DNA of 56,700 nucleotides from Paraspadella gotoi (GCA_051294375.1 CM119268.1:12500237-12556936); one strand, 5' to 3'; counted from the stretch's first letter, positions 28,468 to 38,999 are shown. The notes: generated from the sequence alone by a model not told the origin. Numbers and translations: made by a program.

Positions 28468-29054
28468 ACTGGCCTCTACCCTTTCAGTTCTCTCTCTTCT
28501 GCGTCTCCGACGGCACTCTGCGGGATGTCGTTCTCAAGGCTTTGAAGGTCNNNNNNNNNNNNNNNNNNNNNNNNNNNNNNNNNNNNNNNNNNNNNNNNNN
28601 NNNNNNNNNNNNNNNNNNNNNNNNNNNNNNNNNNNNNNNNNNNNNNNNNNNNNNNNNNNNNNNNNNNNNNNNNNNNNNNNNNNNNNNNNNNNNNNNNNNN
28701 NNNNNNNNNNNNNNNNNNNNNNNNNNNNNNNNNNNNNNNNNNNNNNNNNNNNNNNNNNNNNNNNNNNNNNNNNNNNNNNNNNNNNNNNNNNNNNNNNNNC
28801 GTCAGATCCTCCTTTCCGGGATCTGTCAGTCTCGATCCTTTTCTATCAATCGCAGGATCTCGCTTGGGAATGACTCGCTGCGGTCCCTCTGTGCTCGCCC
28901 CAATTGGACTTTTATTTCGAATGAACACATTAGATTTGCCGACCTTAAGGATGATGTACAAATTGTACATCTCGATGCGTCTGGGCTTACCAAGCTCTCT
29001 CGCCATTTACTTTCCGTTCTTCGCTCCACCTTTGGTGTTTCACCTCAGGATTAA
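28468..29054 (+). CDS. SGNH/GDSL esterase-like ORF inside the DIRS-like element (partly in an N gap)
   Basis: FCVSDGTLRDV resembles block II; ILLSGICQSR...NRRI...NDSLRSLC...WTFISNE...DDV(QIV)HLDASGLTKLSRHL resembles the SGNH C-terminal half with the DxxH-L-x-x-x-G motif. Confidence 0.65.
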
Positions 29055-29075
29055 TGTCTCTTCGTTTTGTTTCAG

Positions 29076-30171
29076 GATAATTATCTCGCGCGTAAATCGG
29101 AACTTCTCACTTCCTACGAGAAGCAGCTCGTGTCCAATTTTGAAGCGTTTCTGTTCGATGTCTCCCCGACTCGTTCTCCGCGTTCTCTCGCTACCGCCAC
29201 CCCCGACGACGTCTGCCGTTTTCTGCATCACCGGGATTCTTGGCTCTCGGCTGTCCTTTTCTTGGTCTCCATGGCTCTCATCCCTGCCCTTGTCCCTTTC
29301 ATCTTGCCGCCGGCACCATCGACTCCATCATCGGCAAGCTCAGGGCGGCCTTCAACTCCATCGGCCGCGTCGACTCCTTCTCCTCCGCCAACCCCGGTTC
29401 CAACTCCTGCGCTTCTCCCTCGTCAGGCTCCGCCCATTTTCTCCACCCACCTTCGCCTTCTCGCGTCTGAGATTTCCCGCCGTATCGACTCTCTCCCTCC
29501 ATCCGCCCCCTTCCTTCCCGACCGCTGTTCTCTTTCGCGAGCTCGCCTTCTTTACCTCCCAATGGTTCGCCGGCGATCGTGCCCGGCGACCTCAGCCCGC
29601 GTCCATTGGTCGAGAGGTCACCCGACTCCATTGTGGCTCCTGCTCTTTAACCATATCTTTGGCAAGACGATTCGCCAGAATGACGGCGACTCCTCGTTGT
29701 TTCCGCCGTCCCTTGTTCTTTTGCCCGGTTCTGGCTCTCGATCATTACGTCGCGCTCTGTGCTTCCAACGGCCTCGATGTCAACTCTTTCCTATTCCGTC
29801 CGACCAAGTCCCCATGGCACGACGCCATCCTTGACACCCCGTTTTCCTCCAATAACGCGACTTGACGTCTTCGCGTTTACCTCCCTGACGACGCTCTCCC
29901 GGGTCTCACCGCTCATGGCTCCCGTGCTGGGTGCGCCATTACGCTCCTCATGCTTGGCGCCTCGAAAGAGGTCATGGGTCACTGCCGTTGGGCCTCCGAG
30001 CGCATCTTCGAACATTACACTTAACTCCATCACATTTCTCGTTCCTCCAACTCCGCTCACTCGTTGCGTGAGGCCGTTGTCTCCTCTGCCTCCGGCTCCT
30101 CATCTGCGGACGTCGCCGCCGCCTTTTTTCAGTCTCTCAATGCTGGCCTTCTCCAGGAGAGGGCCTTCTGA
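29076..30171 (+). pseudogene. ALOG domain + tyrosine recombinase, with frameshifts and two premature stops
   Basis: SYEKQ...DVCRFLHHRD, CPFLG...PCPCP..LAAGTIDSIIGKLRAAF (ALOG zinc-ribbon helical domain); catalytic FAGDR, FGKT, CPV, FLFRP, HGSRAG, HCRW and EHY motifs; in-frame TGA at 29863 and TAA at ~30022. Confidence 0.9.
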
Positions 30172-31074
30172 CGCCTCTCATCTCTCGCCTCCTCAGCCGA
30201 CTCCTTTGGTTAGGTTTGGGTATTGGGTTAGGTATGGGTGTCCCCTGTGTCCCCCGTGTGTCGTGTACCCTAGGTCATGCTGTCGTACGCATGGTCTCTA
30301 CCCACTACTAAACTAGGTGAGTCCAGCGAGTGGTCGTGGTGAATAGGTCACTATTCCCGCCGCAGGACCTCCTCGCTGTCTCACCCGGTGAGTGAAATCA
30401 TCCCGTGGAGCGAGTGCGAGTGTGCATGGCGACTGCATGGCGCCTGTATGTGTACAAGTGCTGGTACGGTGCAGCACCACTAATCGTTCTCCCCCCTTTT
30501 TTTCTTTTCATGAGCTCATCGTGGCCCGCCCTCCCGCCCTTCTCGCCATGCCAAAAAATCCAAAAAATTTGTTTTCATTTTTTGAAATATTTTTAGTGGC
30601 ATCAGGTGGTGCTTTTACGTTTTAAACATATAAAAAAAAATTTTAAAACTAAAATTGAAAAATTTTCAAAAATTAAGAATAGTTTGAAGATGCATGGTTC
30701 ATCATTTTACTTCCAATTTTCTTAAATTATTCCAAAACTGACTTGAACTGCTGATGTTCATGAAGCTGAAAATTAAGGTAAACAAATATTTCTGTGGTAA
30801 TTAATACGTTTTTGTGGAAAAGTAAACGTCTATGCAACTGTTCAAAACAAAAATAATGAAAAAATTTAAAAAAATTTTTTACCATTTATTGCCTCTAAGG
30901 GTGACACCTCCGGGGCCCCATATCTCGGCTCAGGGGTCAAATATTGAAATTCGCCTCGATAGTTCTATTTATATTCACATAGGGATCGTTCATACAAAAT
31001 TTCAATAAGTTTGGTCCAGTAGTTTTCTCGGAACGTGTTCTGGTCACAAAAAAGGGGTAATATCAATATGAAGC

Positions 31075-31290
31075 CTTCTGTATATTTTCTTTTATCAACT
31101 TTTTATGAGGAAATCGAATCTGCTTTCAAAACTAAAAAAAAAACTATTTTAAAATTTTGACATTTTCTATGGTAAATACTATGTACGTATAAATCTGGGC
31201 ATATGCGAAAATTGAGAAATAAAATTTTCGTTAGTACAAGACTGTTCATGAACAACTATTCATATTTTCATCTGCAACTTTCACTACGCC
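31075..31290 (-). mobile_element. Terminal fragment of TTAA/GTAA-flanked MITE family B (terminus GGCGTAGTGAAAGTT); related sequence at 27090-27300
   Basis: Same terminus at 36017 and 49487; internal sequence matches the reverse complement of 27090-27250. Confidence 0.65.
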
Positions 31291-31318
31291 TTACTGACTT
31301 GTGAATGACTGCCGTCAC

Positions 31319-32745
31319 CTGATTTTCAAATCCTGAATTGGCGGGAGATCGTCGATGGTCAACTCTCCCTTCGTCTTTTTATAACCGAGGAAAATCTGGG
31401 GCGAAGATTTGAGGCCAAAATTCGTCTCTGGTTCTTCAAATAAAAAATCTGAATCCGAGGAAAATTCGTCTTCCTCCGAAGAAGAGGAGGAGGAGGAAGA
31501 AGAGGAGATATGTGTCTTTGATGCGAAGGACGAACCGTCATCTTCTTCGCTCGAATCCGCCGACGAATTAGCCGATGCATTAGCCGATGAATTAGCCGAC
31601 GCATTAGCCGACGCATTAGCCGACGCATTAGCCTGCGCAGCAGCTGCACGACTAAGCCCTGGACCGGAGGGCGTTGAGACTACCGAATCGCGGTCGCCTT
31701 CAGAGTCGCTCGAATCGGAAGACGATCCGTAGTCGACGAGCGAAGAGGCGGAGACTGTGTTCCGATATTTAGCGACGCTATGAGGGGCCAAAGAGAGAGC
31801 GCCGCCATTAGAGTCTGATGCGGGAGCGGCGCCATTAGAGACAGATGCGGGAGCGGCGTCAGTAGGGGCGAAAGAGAGAGCGGCGCCATTAGGGGGTAAA
31901 CTGGAAGCGGCGCCATGATGGAAGGAGCTAGTGATTCTGTCAGAGGCAGCAAGGGACGACGTTGCGGCGTCTCCTGAGGAATGGAGTCGGAAAGGGGGCG
32001 CGCCATCTGACTCGGAAGACGTTTCCTTTTCCGACAGTCCGTCGTTTAGAAGAGTCTGGTCTTGAAAAATCTCTTGAGGCATTTTGAAACTCGTCCCATT
32101 CAAGATTGAGAACGTGAGAGGGGAAGAGCGAGGCAAAGAGGCGACACCATCATAGATGTCGTCGTCGGGTCCGAAATCCGTGAAGCCAATGTTTAGAAAT
32201 GATTCGGGATCGAAATGCGTTGGGGCAGCGGAGGTGGCAGCGGAGCCCTTGGGCTCATGTGCGTCGACATCCCTCGAACCATCGCAAAAAGACGCGTCAT
32301 ATGAGACGCTGCCGAGAGCTCCGCCTTCTGAAGATACGCTGCCAAGGGCGCCGTCTTCTGAAGATACGCTGCGAAGGGCGCCGCCTTCTACAGAGACGTT
32401 GCCAAGGGCGCCGCCTTCTTCAAAGACGCTTCCAAGGGCGCCGCCTTCTACAGATACGCTGCCAAGGGCGCCGCCTTCTAAAGAGACGCTACCAAGGGCG
32501 CCGTCTTCTACAGAGACGCTGCCAAGGGCGCCGCCTTCTAAAGAGATGCTGTCTAGGGCACCGCCTTCTAAAGAGACGCTACCAAGGACGCCGCCTTCTA
32601 AAGAGACGCTGCCGAAGGCGTCGACATCGTCAAGAGAGACTTGGGTCGAGCATGAAACGATGTCTTGGAGAAGACAGGACGACAAAAAAGATGAAGAGGG
32701 CGTATCGTCGATTTCGGCAGAAACGGGAAAGAAAGAAGAGGAAAG
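31319..32745 (-). CDS. NAF1: Large exon of probable H/ACA RNP non-core subunit NAF1 (acidic/Ser-rich N-terminal region up to the start of the Gar1/Naf1 domain)
   Basis: Open 1427-bp exon, TTCCAG acceptor (phase 0) and AG|GTGACG donor; SLVDYGSSSDSSDSE and poly-S/E tracts followed by KTKGELTIDDLPPIQDLKI, the motif preceding the Gar1/Naf1 domain in animal NAF1. Confidence 0.75.
32300..32620 (-). repeat. Coding minisatellite, 30-bp unit x ~10.5 (GSVSLEGGAL); further 30-bp units at 31780-31920 and 12-bp NASA units at 31558-31632
   Basis: Directly visible tandem units, all frame-preserving. Confidence 0.95.
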
Positions 32746-35464
32746 CTGGAATATGAAATATTTAAAGAAAAAAAATATACTGAAAATGTTTAATAGACCG
32801 CACCAAATTAATTACTTAAATCTCCATCATAAAAAATCTTAAAGCATAAGGATCGTCGCAATTAGAAATATCTGGATTGACGAGCAATTTTGATACTAAA
32901 AAAAATCAAATTTGAGAAAAGAAAATTAATTTATAAAGAGAAAGAAAAATTCTATTTTGCGGTTGTCAACTAAAAAAAAATAAAGTACCGAGGAAAATTA
33001 AAGTTACAGTAACTTTTCTCTAGACTCCACGAATTCGGGCTCCATACTCTCAAATGTGGGCTAAAATTTCTTTATATTCGAGGATCAGATGCGGGAATAA
33101 TTGGTTTATTGCCCACCTGACGGATTTTAAGAAATTTCAAAATTTTGCGCTCCAAGCTAAATTTTTTTAAAATTTTATTCTATCTAGTCTAAAAGTTATT
33201 TTACCCAAATAATTAAAATTTTTATTGAAAGTCGTCCTAAGTTGAAGCTATAAAATGACGACGTAAAAAAAATTTAAAAAATTATTTCTAATTTTTATGT
33301 TATTTTGAAAAGTTGTTAAAAAAGCTATGATACCATTGTTCCTTTAAAAAGAGTTCAATTTTTATATTTGGATTACAAACATTCTCTCTCTCGTGAGATT
33401 GTGTTTTAAGATTATCTTTATCATTAAAAAATTTGTTTAACTAATGAAAATCTTTTTATAATTTGTAAAAAAAGGAAATGCTTAATATATATGTTTAAAT
33501 CTGAATTAGTATCTATTGACTGATTCTAAATTATACTTTCACATTAAAAATATTTTTTACAACCAGAGATATTTATTTACAAAGTGACAAAAAATTGTAA
33601 AAATCAACCTTTTTTTAAAGCTTAATAAAACTGATGGAATGAATATTATTCAATAAAATTTTGCATTCTATCCAAATAACCAACAATTTTAAGACAACCA
33701 AAACTTGCAACACTCACTTTCCACAAAAAAGATATGCATTTGAAAAAATATATTTTTTAATTTGAAATCTATTTTTTTTAACTTTCAATGAATTTTGATC
33801 GTTATTAATTAAACAAATCATAAAAGATAAGTCAGTTCCTGGATAATCTATATACTCAATAAGTATTCATTTTGTCGAGATCCACAGTAGGATTTATAAA
33901 AATAGGCTAATGATTGGTAAAAAATATGGTAGGTAAATTTGTGGAAGAAAATTATTGAATTAATTAAATCTTTTATGTTCACATAAGATAGCCCTTTTCA
34001 AAGTTTTCTTGTTCCAAACGTCTGCCTCGGCAAAACAAAAAGAAGGACCCTGTTATGCAACTTACCATAAGGAAGGTCGACTGTCTTGAAAATTATCAAC
34101 AAAATAACAAGACCAAAATATTATTTAAGCGCTTTGCTTCATTAATCATTAACGATTCCCCATTGTTGTTGTCAAAGTCTGAAAAATTTGCATCGCTGCT
34201 TTTAGTTAAGTTATTGAAGGTTGTTGAAAAATGGGTCAGTGTGAAATAGTAATAAATATATGAGTGAGAGATTAATGGAAAGATGAAATATTCAATGAGA
34301 GATTGATGGAGAGAAAGAAAGATTGATTGGGAAATTGATAAAGAGAAAGAAGAGAGAGTGAGAGGTTTGTGGAGAGAAAAGAAAAATTGAGAATTGAGGT
34401 GAAAAAAGATGATTAAGAAATTGATGTAGAGAGAGAAAATTGATTGAGAGATAAATAAATAATATATTATGGCAACGTGAATATATAGCAAAGTTAATAT
34501 TAAAAATTAATTTTTTAAATAGATCTGATAAAGATTAAAAAGTTAGATAAAGGTAAGTACTACAAATTTAAAAATATTAATGATAAGATGGGTTAAAATT
34601 AGACTTTTACTCACTCTTCATCCTGTCCTCATCTTCACCTATTCTCACATCTGACCACTTTTATTTTTGTGTCTCTCTCTCTCTCCTCTCTCTCTCTCAT
34701 CAACTCAATGTTTGTAAAAAAATTTTTGTGTTCTTTCTCAAATGCTGATGAAGGCTTGAAGAACAAAGCCGAAACATGTCCAAATTTTATGCTAATAAAA
34801 TTATTTTGTTGTTCCAGAAAAGTTCTTCTAATTCAAAACAACACAAAAGAAGAAAATTCCGAGAAAACCCTTAAATTATCTTCATCATTGTTAGGAACTA
34901 GTGTCAGCCTGTGAGGTGATTCTCTAGACTCCGCCATATGGGCAAGAGTGCCGTCCAATTCCTGTCGCAGTGCCCGGCGCGGGGCCGATCCAGCGCACCT
35001 TTGGTGCGCCGTTGCGAGTGACGCCGAGACCTTTGTCGGCGAGGGTGTCAGCCTCTTTGTCACTGCCTCAATCAGTTGTCCACAAGTCCATCAGAAGTGT
35101 GGACACCACAAGTCTATTGCCCACGTTAACAGACGTCATGATCTGCTACAAGTGGTGACAAAACGTGACTGAGTGGCAACGTGCCTCAGGTCCTGTAAAA
35201 GGTCGTTTTAGGATGGGTTGAGGTCTCACAGTGACTGGTCTCTCTGTGAAACGTGAAAAGGTAAAGAGCATAGAAAGGTAGATAGGCTTGAGTAGACAAA
35301 TGTAGAAAACGAATCATGATGAGCAAAATAAACAGATGAGCAACGGCATCTCTCAACAATAATCATCATCCATTAAATTTAATAGTTTTGTTAATTCATA
35401 GACAAATCATTAAAATTTCAAAAAGTTGTAATAATAACGTCTTTAACTTCAAGCTCTATCAGAA

Positions 35465-36013
35465 TCAGTTAAAAATCATGCGGAGGTCTTGGCTAATCCT
35501 TATGGTGTCGGCGGGAAGCATTGCTGATGGTCTCATTATTGGTGCCGGTGCCAATCTGGCTCTAGGCACTCGTCTGCGGTAGGCTCTTTCTTCTTCGATT
35601 CTGTGTTCCAGGCCGATGTTTAATATTTCGTTGTTTGTGCGAGGTCCGTCTACCAGATGTCTGATGGCTCTGATTCTTCTTTCGGTGTCGCTGATCAATG
35701 ATGCTTGGCCTGTGGCTGAAGATTCTTATTTCTCTTTCCTTTCCTCCGCCGTATACCTTTTCATATTTACAGCCGGCTTGTGCGGTGCTGTCCTCGTCTA
35801 ATATTTTTATGCATATTCCCGTCATTTCCGCTAGTGCTTCTAGTTCTGGGTGGCCTAGTGACCAATCTTTCGACGAGATTGTTCTGATGAAAGTGCAGCG
35901 TCTTTTGTTTTTGGTGTGCCATACAGTTTTCTTATGTTCGCCCTCTGGCGAGTGAAGTGGTTTTTCATGAACTCGAAAAATTTTGTTCGAAAACTTTTCT
36001 CATCGATGTTTAG
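35465..36013 (-). pseudogene. Frameshifted ORF with an OTU-like cysteine protease C-terminal half
   Basis: FRTKFFEFMKNH...FIRTISSKDWSLGHPELEALAEMTGICIKIL...YEKVYG...IRIFSH fits the OTU pattern W-x(1,2)-G-x-x-E-L-x-A-L-A...I-x-I...I-x-x-x-x-H; the catalytic Cys region is absent. Confidence 0.5.
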
Positions 36014-36016
36014 TAA

Positions 36017-36280
36017 GGCGTAGTGAAAGTTACATACAAAAATTCTAAAAGTCAATTATGAACAACATACCATCAGTGAACATTAATTTGTAAATGAAAT
36101 TTATTTTAGGTTTTTTAATTTTCGCAGTAGGCTATATTTATATATAGTACTAACCTTATAAAATCGAAAAATTTCAAAATAGGCTCTTCTTAATTTTGAT
36201 TGCAGATTTGAATTCCTCGTCAAAAGTTGATAAAAGAAAATATAAATCATTTTTAAAAATTCTTTCATTAAGTGGGTTAA
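36017..36280 (+). mobile_element. MITE family B fragment (empty-site reference for the insertion at 49619)
   Basis: Matches 49487-49618 joined to 52095-52218. Confidence 0.85.
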
Positions 36281-36875
36281 GCGGTGTGATTTGATTTTGA
36301 TCTGTAAATCTGGTTAAGAAGTCCGCTGGGTTGTCGCCACTTTTCACTAGGATAATTTCCGAGGGGTGGCATTCCTGACGTATTTCCGTTATCCAGCGTA
36401 GTACGTTTGTCGGGAGTAGCTGCTGTTTATCGTGTTGCTGGTCCATTACTCTTTTGAAGTATTGTGAATCTGTTACTAGGCTGACCTTTCTTCCACAGAT
36501 GTAACCTTTGAATTTTCTCACCATCATGTTGAAAGCGAGCGTTTCTAGGATGTTGATATGTTTTATTCTATATTCTTCTGGAAATGATTTCGAGTGAAAG
36601 CTGAGGGGGTATTCTGTTCCATTTGCTGTTGCGGTGATTAGGCCCCCCATGGCGCTCGTACTTGCATCGGCATAAATCTTGTATTCGCCATTTTTGATTT
36701 TTGCATCGTTTAGGAAATTTAGCCCTGGCGTTGATTTAATTTCCTCCACTAGTGTTTCTAGGGCCTTTCTGTGTTCGTTCTTGAATTCGAAGTCTTTCCT
36801 GTCGACCAGGGTTAGTGCGTGGAGGGGCTGTGCCAGGTACGAGAATCGGTGTGTGAAGCACCTGTAGTAGTCCCT
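36281..36875 (-). mobile_element. Ty3/Gypsy pol fragment: RT connection + RNase H
   Basis: DYYRCFTHRFSYLAQPLHALT...FEFKNEHRKALETL; IYADAS...G...PLSFHSK...LETLA...FKGYICGR...LVTDS...LRW...GDNPADFLTR. Confidence 0.9.
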
Positions 36876-36880
36876 CTTAA

Positions 36881-36960
36881 CTGCCAGACGACCACCGGGC
36901 TAGAACCCCGGACCTTTGGGTTGGGAGGCGAATGACTTGCCTCTGGCACCAATGGCCGCT
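36881..36960 (-). mobile_element. tRNA-derived SINE head or tRNA pseudogene
   Basis: A-box-like TGGTGCCAGAGG and B-box-like GGTTCTAGCCC at tRNA spacing; shares CCCAAAGG.CC.GGGTT with 42618-42690. Confidence 0.6.
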
Positions 36961-37379
36961 GATGAACGGTTGGTGGATTTTAGTCCACCATAGCATGTTT
37001 ATTCTTTGAGAGGTGAAAACCAGTCTGAAGTAATTCAGATCACAATCAGTTAAAGAAAACAATCATTAACAAAAGTAAAATCCGTTGAGACATCTCTTGG
37101 AGAATCATTACTTTGTAGAAGAAAACAAAAGTCTTGGAATTATTATTAAGTCTTTAAATAATATTTGATTCGATCTACATTCCTGATCATTCAAACATAA
37201 TATTACTTAAATCATTAATTCTGATATTGAATGAAACCTTTTCACTTATCTATATGTATATACTGCGAATTTATCAGATGATTGACATTTAACTTTCAGT
37301 TTTTAGCTTTTAGCTTTTAACTTTTAATAATTTTTTAATAATATTATTATTATTTATTTTAATATTTTACTTTCATCGC

Positions 37380-37680
37380 AGAGGGAATCAGAACTCCAAA
37401 GTCGAAATCGGATCAGCGACTCGGGGAAAAATCCACCGGAACCAGAATGGAACATTCTCATTGGTCGAGGCAACAAATGGCACCGGCCAATGGTCAGATG
37501 GGCTTCCTTCCGCCGAGGATATTTTACCCTTACCTCCGATCCGTTTGGGCTGTATAAAAGGGAACCGAATTCTGTATTGATTCACTCTGCCTTGAAATTG
37601 ACACCGTCTTGTTTATCGTTTATTTTCGAAGAAATAAAATCCACTTTGGTCTCGCTCAGAAATCCCTGTCTACTTACTAA
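37380..37680 (+). promoter_or_regulatory. LTR-like cassette: CCAAT boxes, TATA box, poly(A) signal (possible solo LTR, ends undefined)
   Basis: ATTGG 37460, CCAAT 37487, TATAAAA 37553 and AATAAA 37633 in U3-R order within a GC-richer island. Confidence 0.5.
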
Positions 37681-38276
37681 ATTGCTTTTATTGGTTATTT
37701 TTATCTTAGTTATCAAGTTTTTTCATATTTACCTATTTATTTAAGCACGTATAATGGTAACTTAAACGATTGAATGATACAATTTATATAAGTTATTTAT
37801 ATAATAGTTAATTTTATATTTTATGCAAAAATCTGTCCGAATTCCTCATTTTGGTAGGAAAAAGAAGCATTCAAGCTTTCGTTTAAATGCCATTTTGTCT
37901 TATTTATATTATTATAAATACTATAAACTATATATATTTATAAAATATATATTCTGAAATCTTTAATATTTAATTATTTATAATATTACAATAACAAAAC
38001 GTTTAAAATTACACGAAAAAAGAGCGTCATCGTTATCTGACAAATTCGATCGTAAGCTAATTTGCATAAATTAGGAGCCAGATAAAAATCGATCGGGATC
38101 CCTCGGGTTGAGAATTTCAAATCGAATAAAAAGCGTTTTAAATTAAAGTATATATATGTGTGATCACTTGTGTAAACGTTTTTGAAAATCTGAATCCATC
38201 TTGATATACTAGATATAGTTATTTGTTTTAGAGTCTTGATTTTGGCAGAAGATTTAGTAGTTAATAGTTAGTAGTT

Positions 38277-38428
38277 AATTATTTCTGGAAGTAACATAAT
38301 ATTTATTTTTATTTTTAAATAAGCACTGATCTTCAGAGACTTCTGTCTCGCTCAACTTTCAGAAGTCTCTGAAGATCAGTGCTTATTTAAAAATAAAAAT
38401 AAATATTATGTTACTTCCAGAAATAATT
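38277..38428. repeat. Perfect inverted repeat, 69-bp arms, 14-nt loop
   Basis: 38277-38345 is the exact reverse complement of 38360-38428. Confidence 0.95.
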
Positions 38429-38766
38429 TGTTTCTTCTTTTATATTATTGGCATGAAAAGACCAAATCAAACTATTAACTACTAGATATAGTATAATTTG
38501 GAACTCCGACAACGACGCAACTTATGTGCAAAACCACAGCAAAATGGTCGCAAACGCAAAGCGATTGCGACGATAAAAAAAATTTTTATTAGCATTTAAT
38601 TAGATTATTTTTATTAAGCCAAAAATTTGATTTTCAAATGTCATGTCCTTTCCCAATTCTTCCTGTTTTCAACATTTTGTTCCTGCTCTTCTAAGCATTT
38701 AAAATGAAGTATTTACTAGTCTTTAATGATAATGATTTCTTCCTTTTTTCTGTCGATTTGTTTTAC

Positions 38767-38874
38767 CTCCATAATATCCTTGGCCGCCGGTTCGCTTTTC
38801 TTTGACCCCGAAGAAAAAAGAATGTCTTTTGGAAAGGCGCGTCCGTCGTCGTCGCCTTTCCAAGCATCCTCCAT
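38767..38874 (-). CDS. NAF1: Candidate first coding exon of NAF1 (MEDAWKGDDD...KDIME, 36 aa)
   Basis: ATG-initiated 108-bp frame in a GC-rich island ending GAG|GTAAAA; phase 0 matches the acceptor at 32745. The link is inferred from phase and position only. Confidence 0.5.
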
Positions 38875-38999
38875 CGATAGGGCCGCTCACTCTCTCTCTC
38901 CGACGCCCCTTCACTTAAGGAAATAAAGCGATAAATCTATCGCTTCTAGTTTAATTAAATTAAAATCTGAAATAAATGACAGCAATATAAACTATAAAT

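Larger units (their letters stand above)
27422..30484 (+). mobile_element. Decayed tyrosine-recombinase (DIRS-like, ALOG-domain type) retrotransposon, 5'-truncated and gapped
   Basis: RT fragment, SGNH-like ORF and ALOG+YR ORF lie in one orientation in a C-rich block distinct from the AT-rich flanks. Confidence 0.88.

Noticed and set aside
27364-29054. ORFs of 393-507 aa, and similar ones at 11859-14230
   Set aside because: Their lengths come from translating through N gaps; only the flanking real segments were interpreted.
32300-32620. CRISPR-like regular repeats (also the 18-bp arrays at 46836 and 52549)
   Set aside because: Head-to-tail units without unique spacers, no cas genes, eukaryotic context.
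32156-32842. Plus-strand ORFs with ETLPRAPPS and RRCQGRRLL repeats
   Set aside because: Antisense shadows of the 30-bp coding minisatellite; splice sites and the NAF1 motif support the minus strand.
34902-35160. Possible LTR bounded by TGTCA...TGACA
   Set aside because: No TSD, no adjacent polypurine tract or PBS, and no second copy in the window.
36174-36280. C-terminal tail of the 191-aa RNase H ORF
   Set aside because: Read-through into the MITE B fragment, not part of pol.
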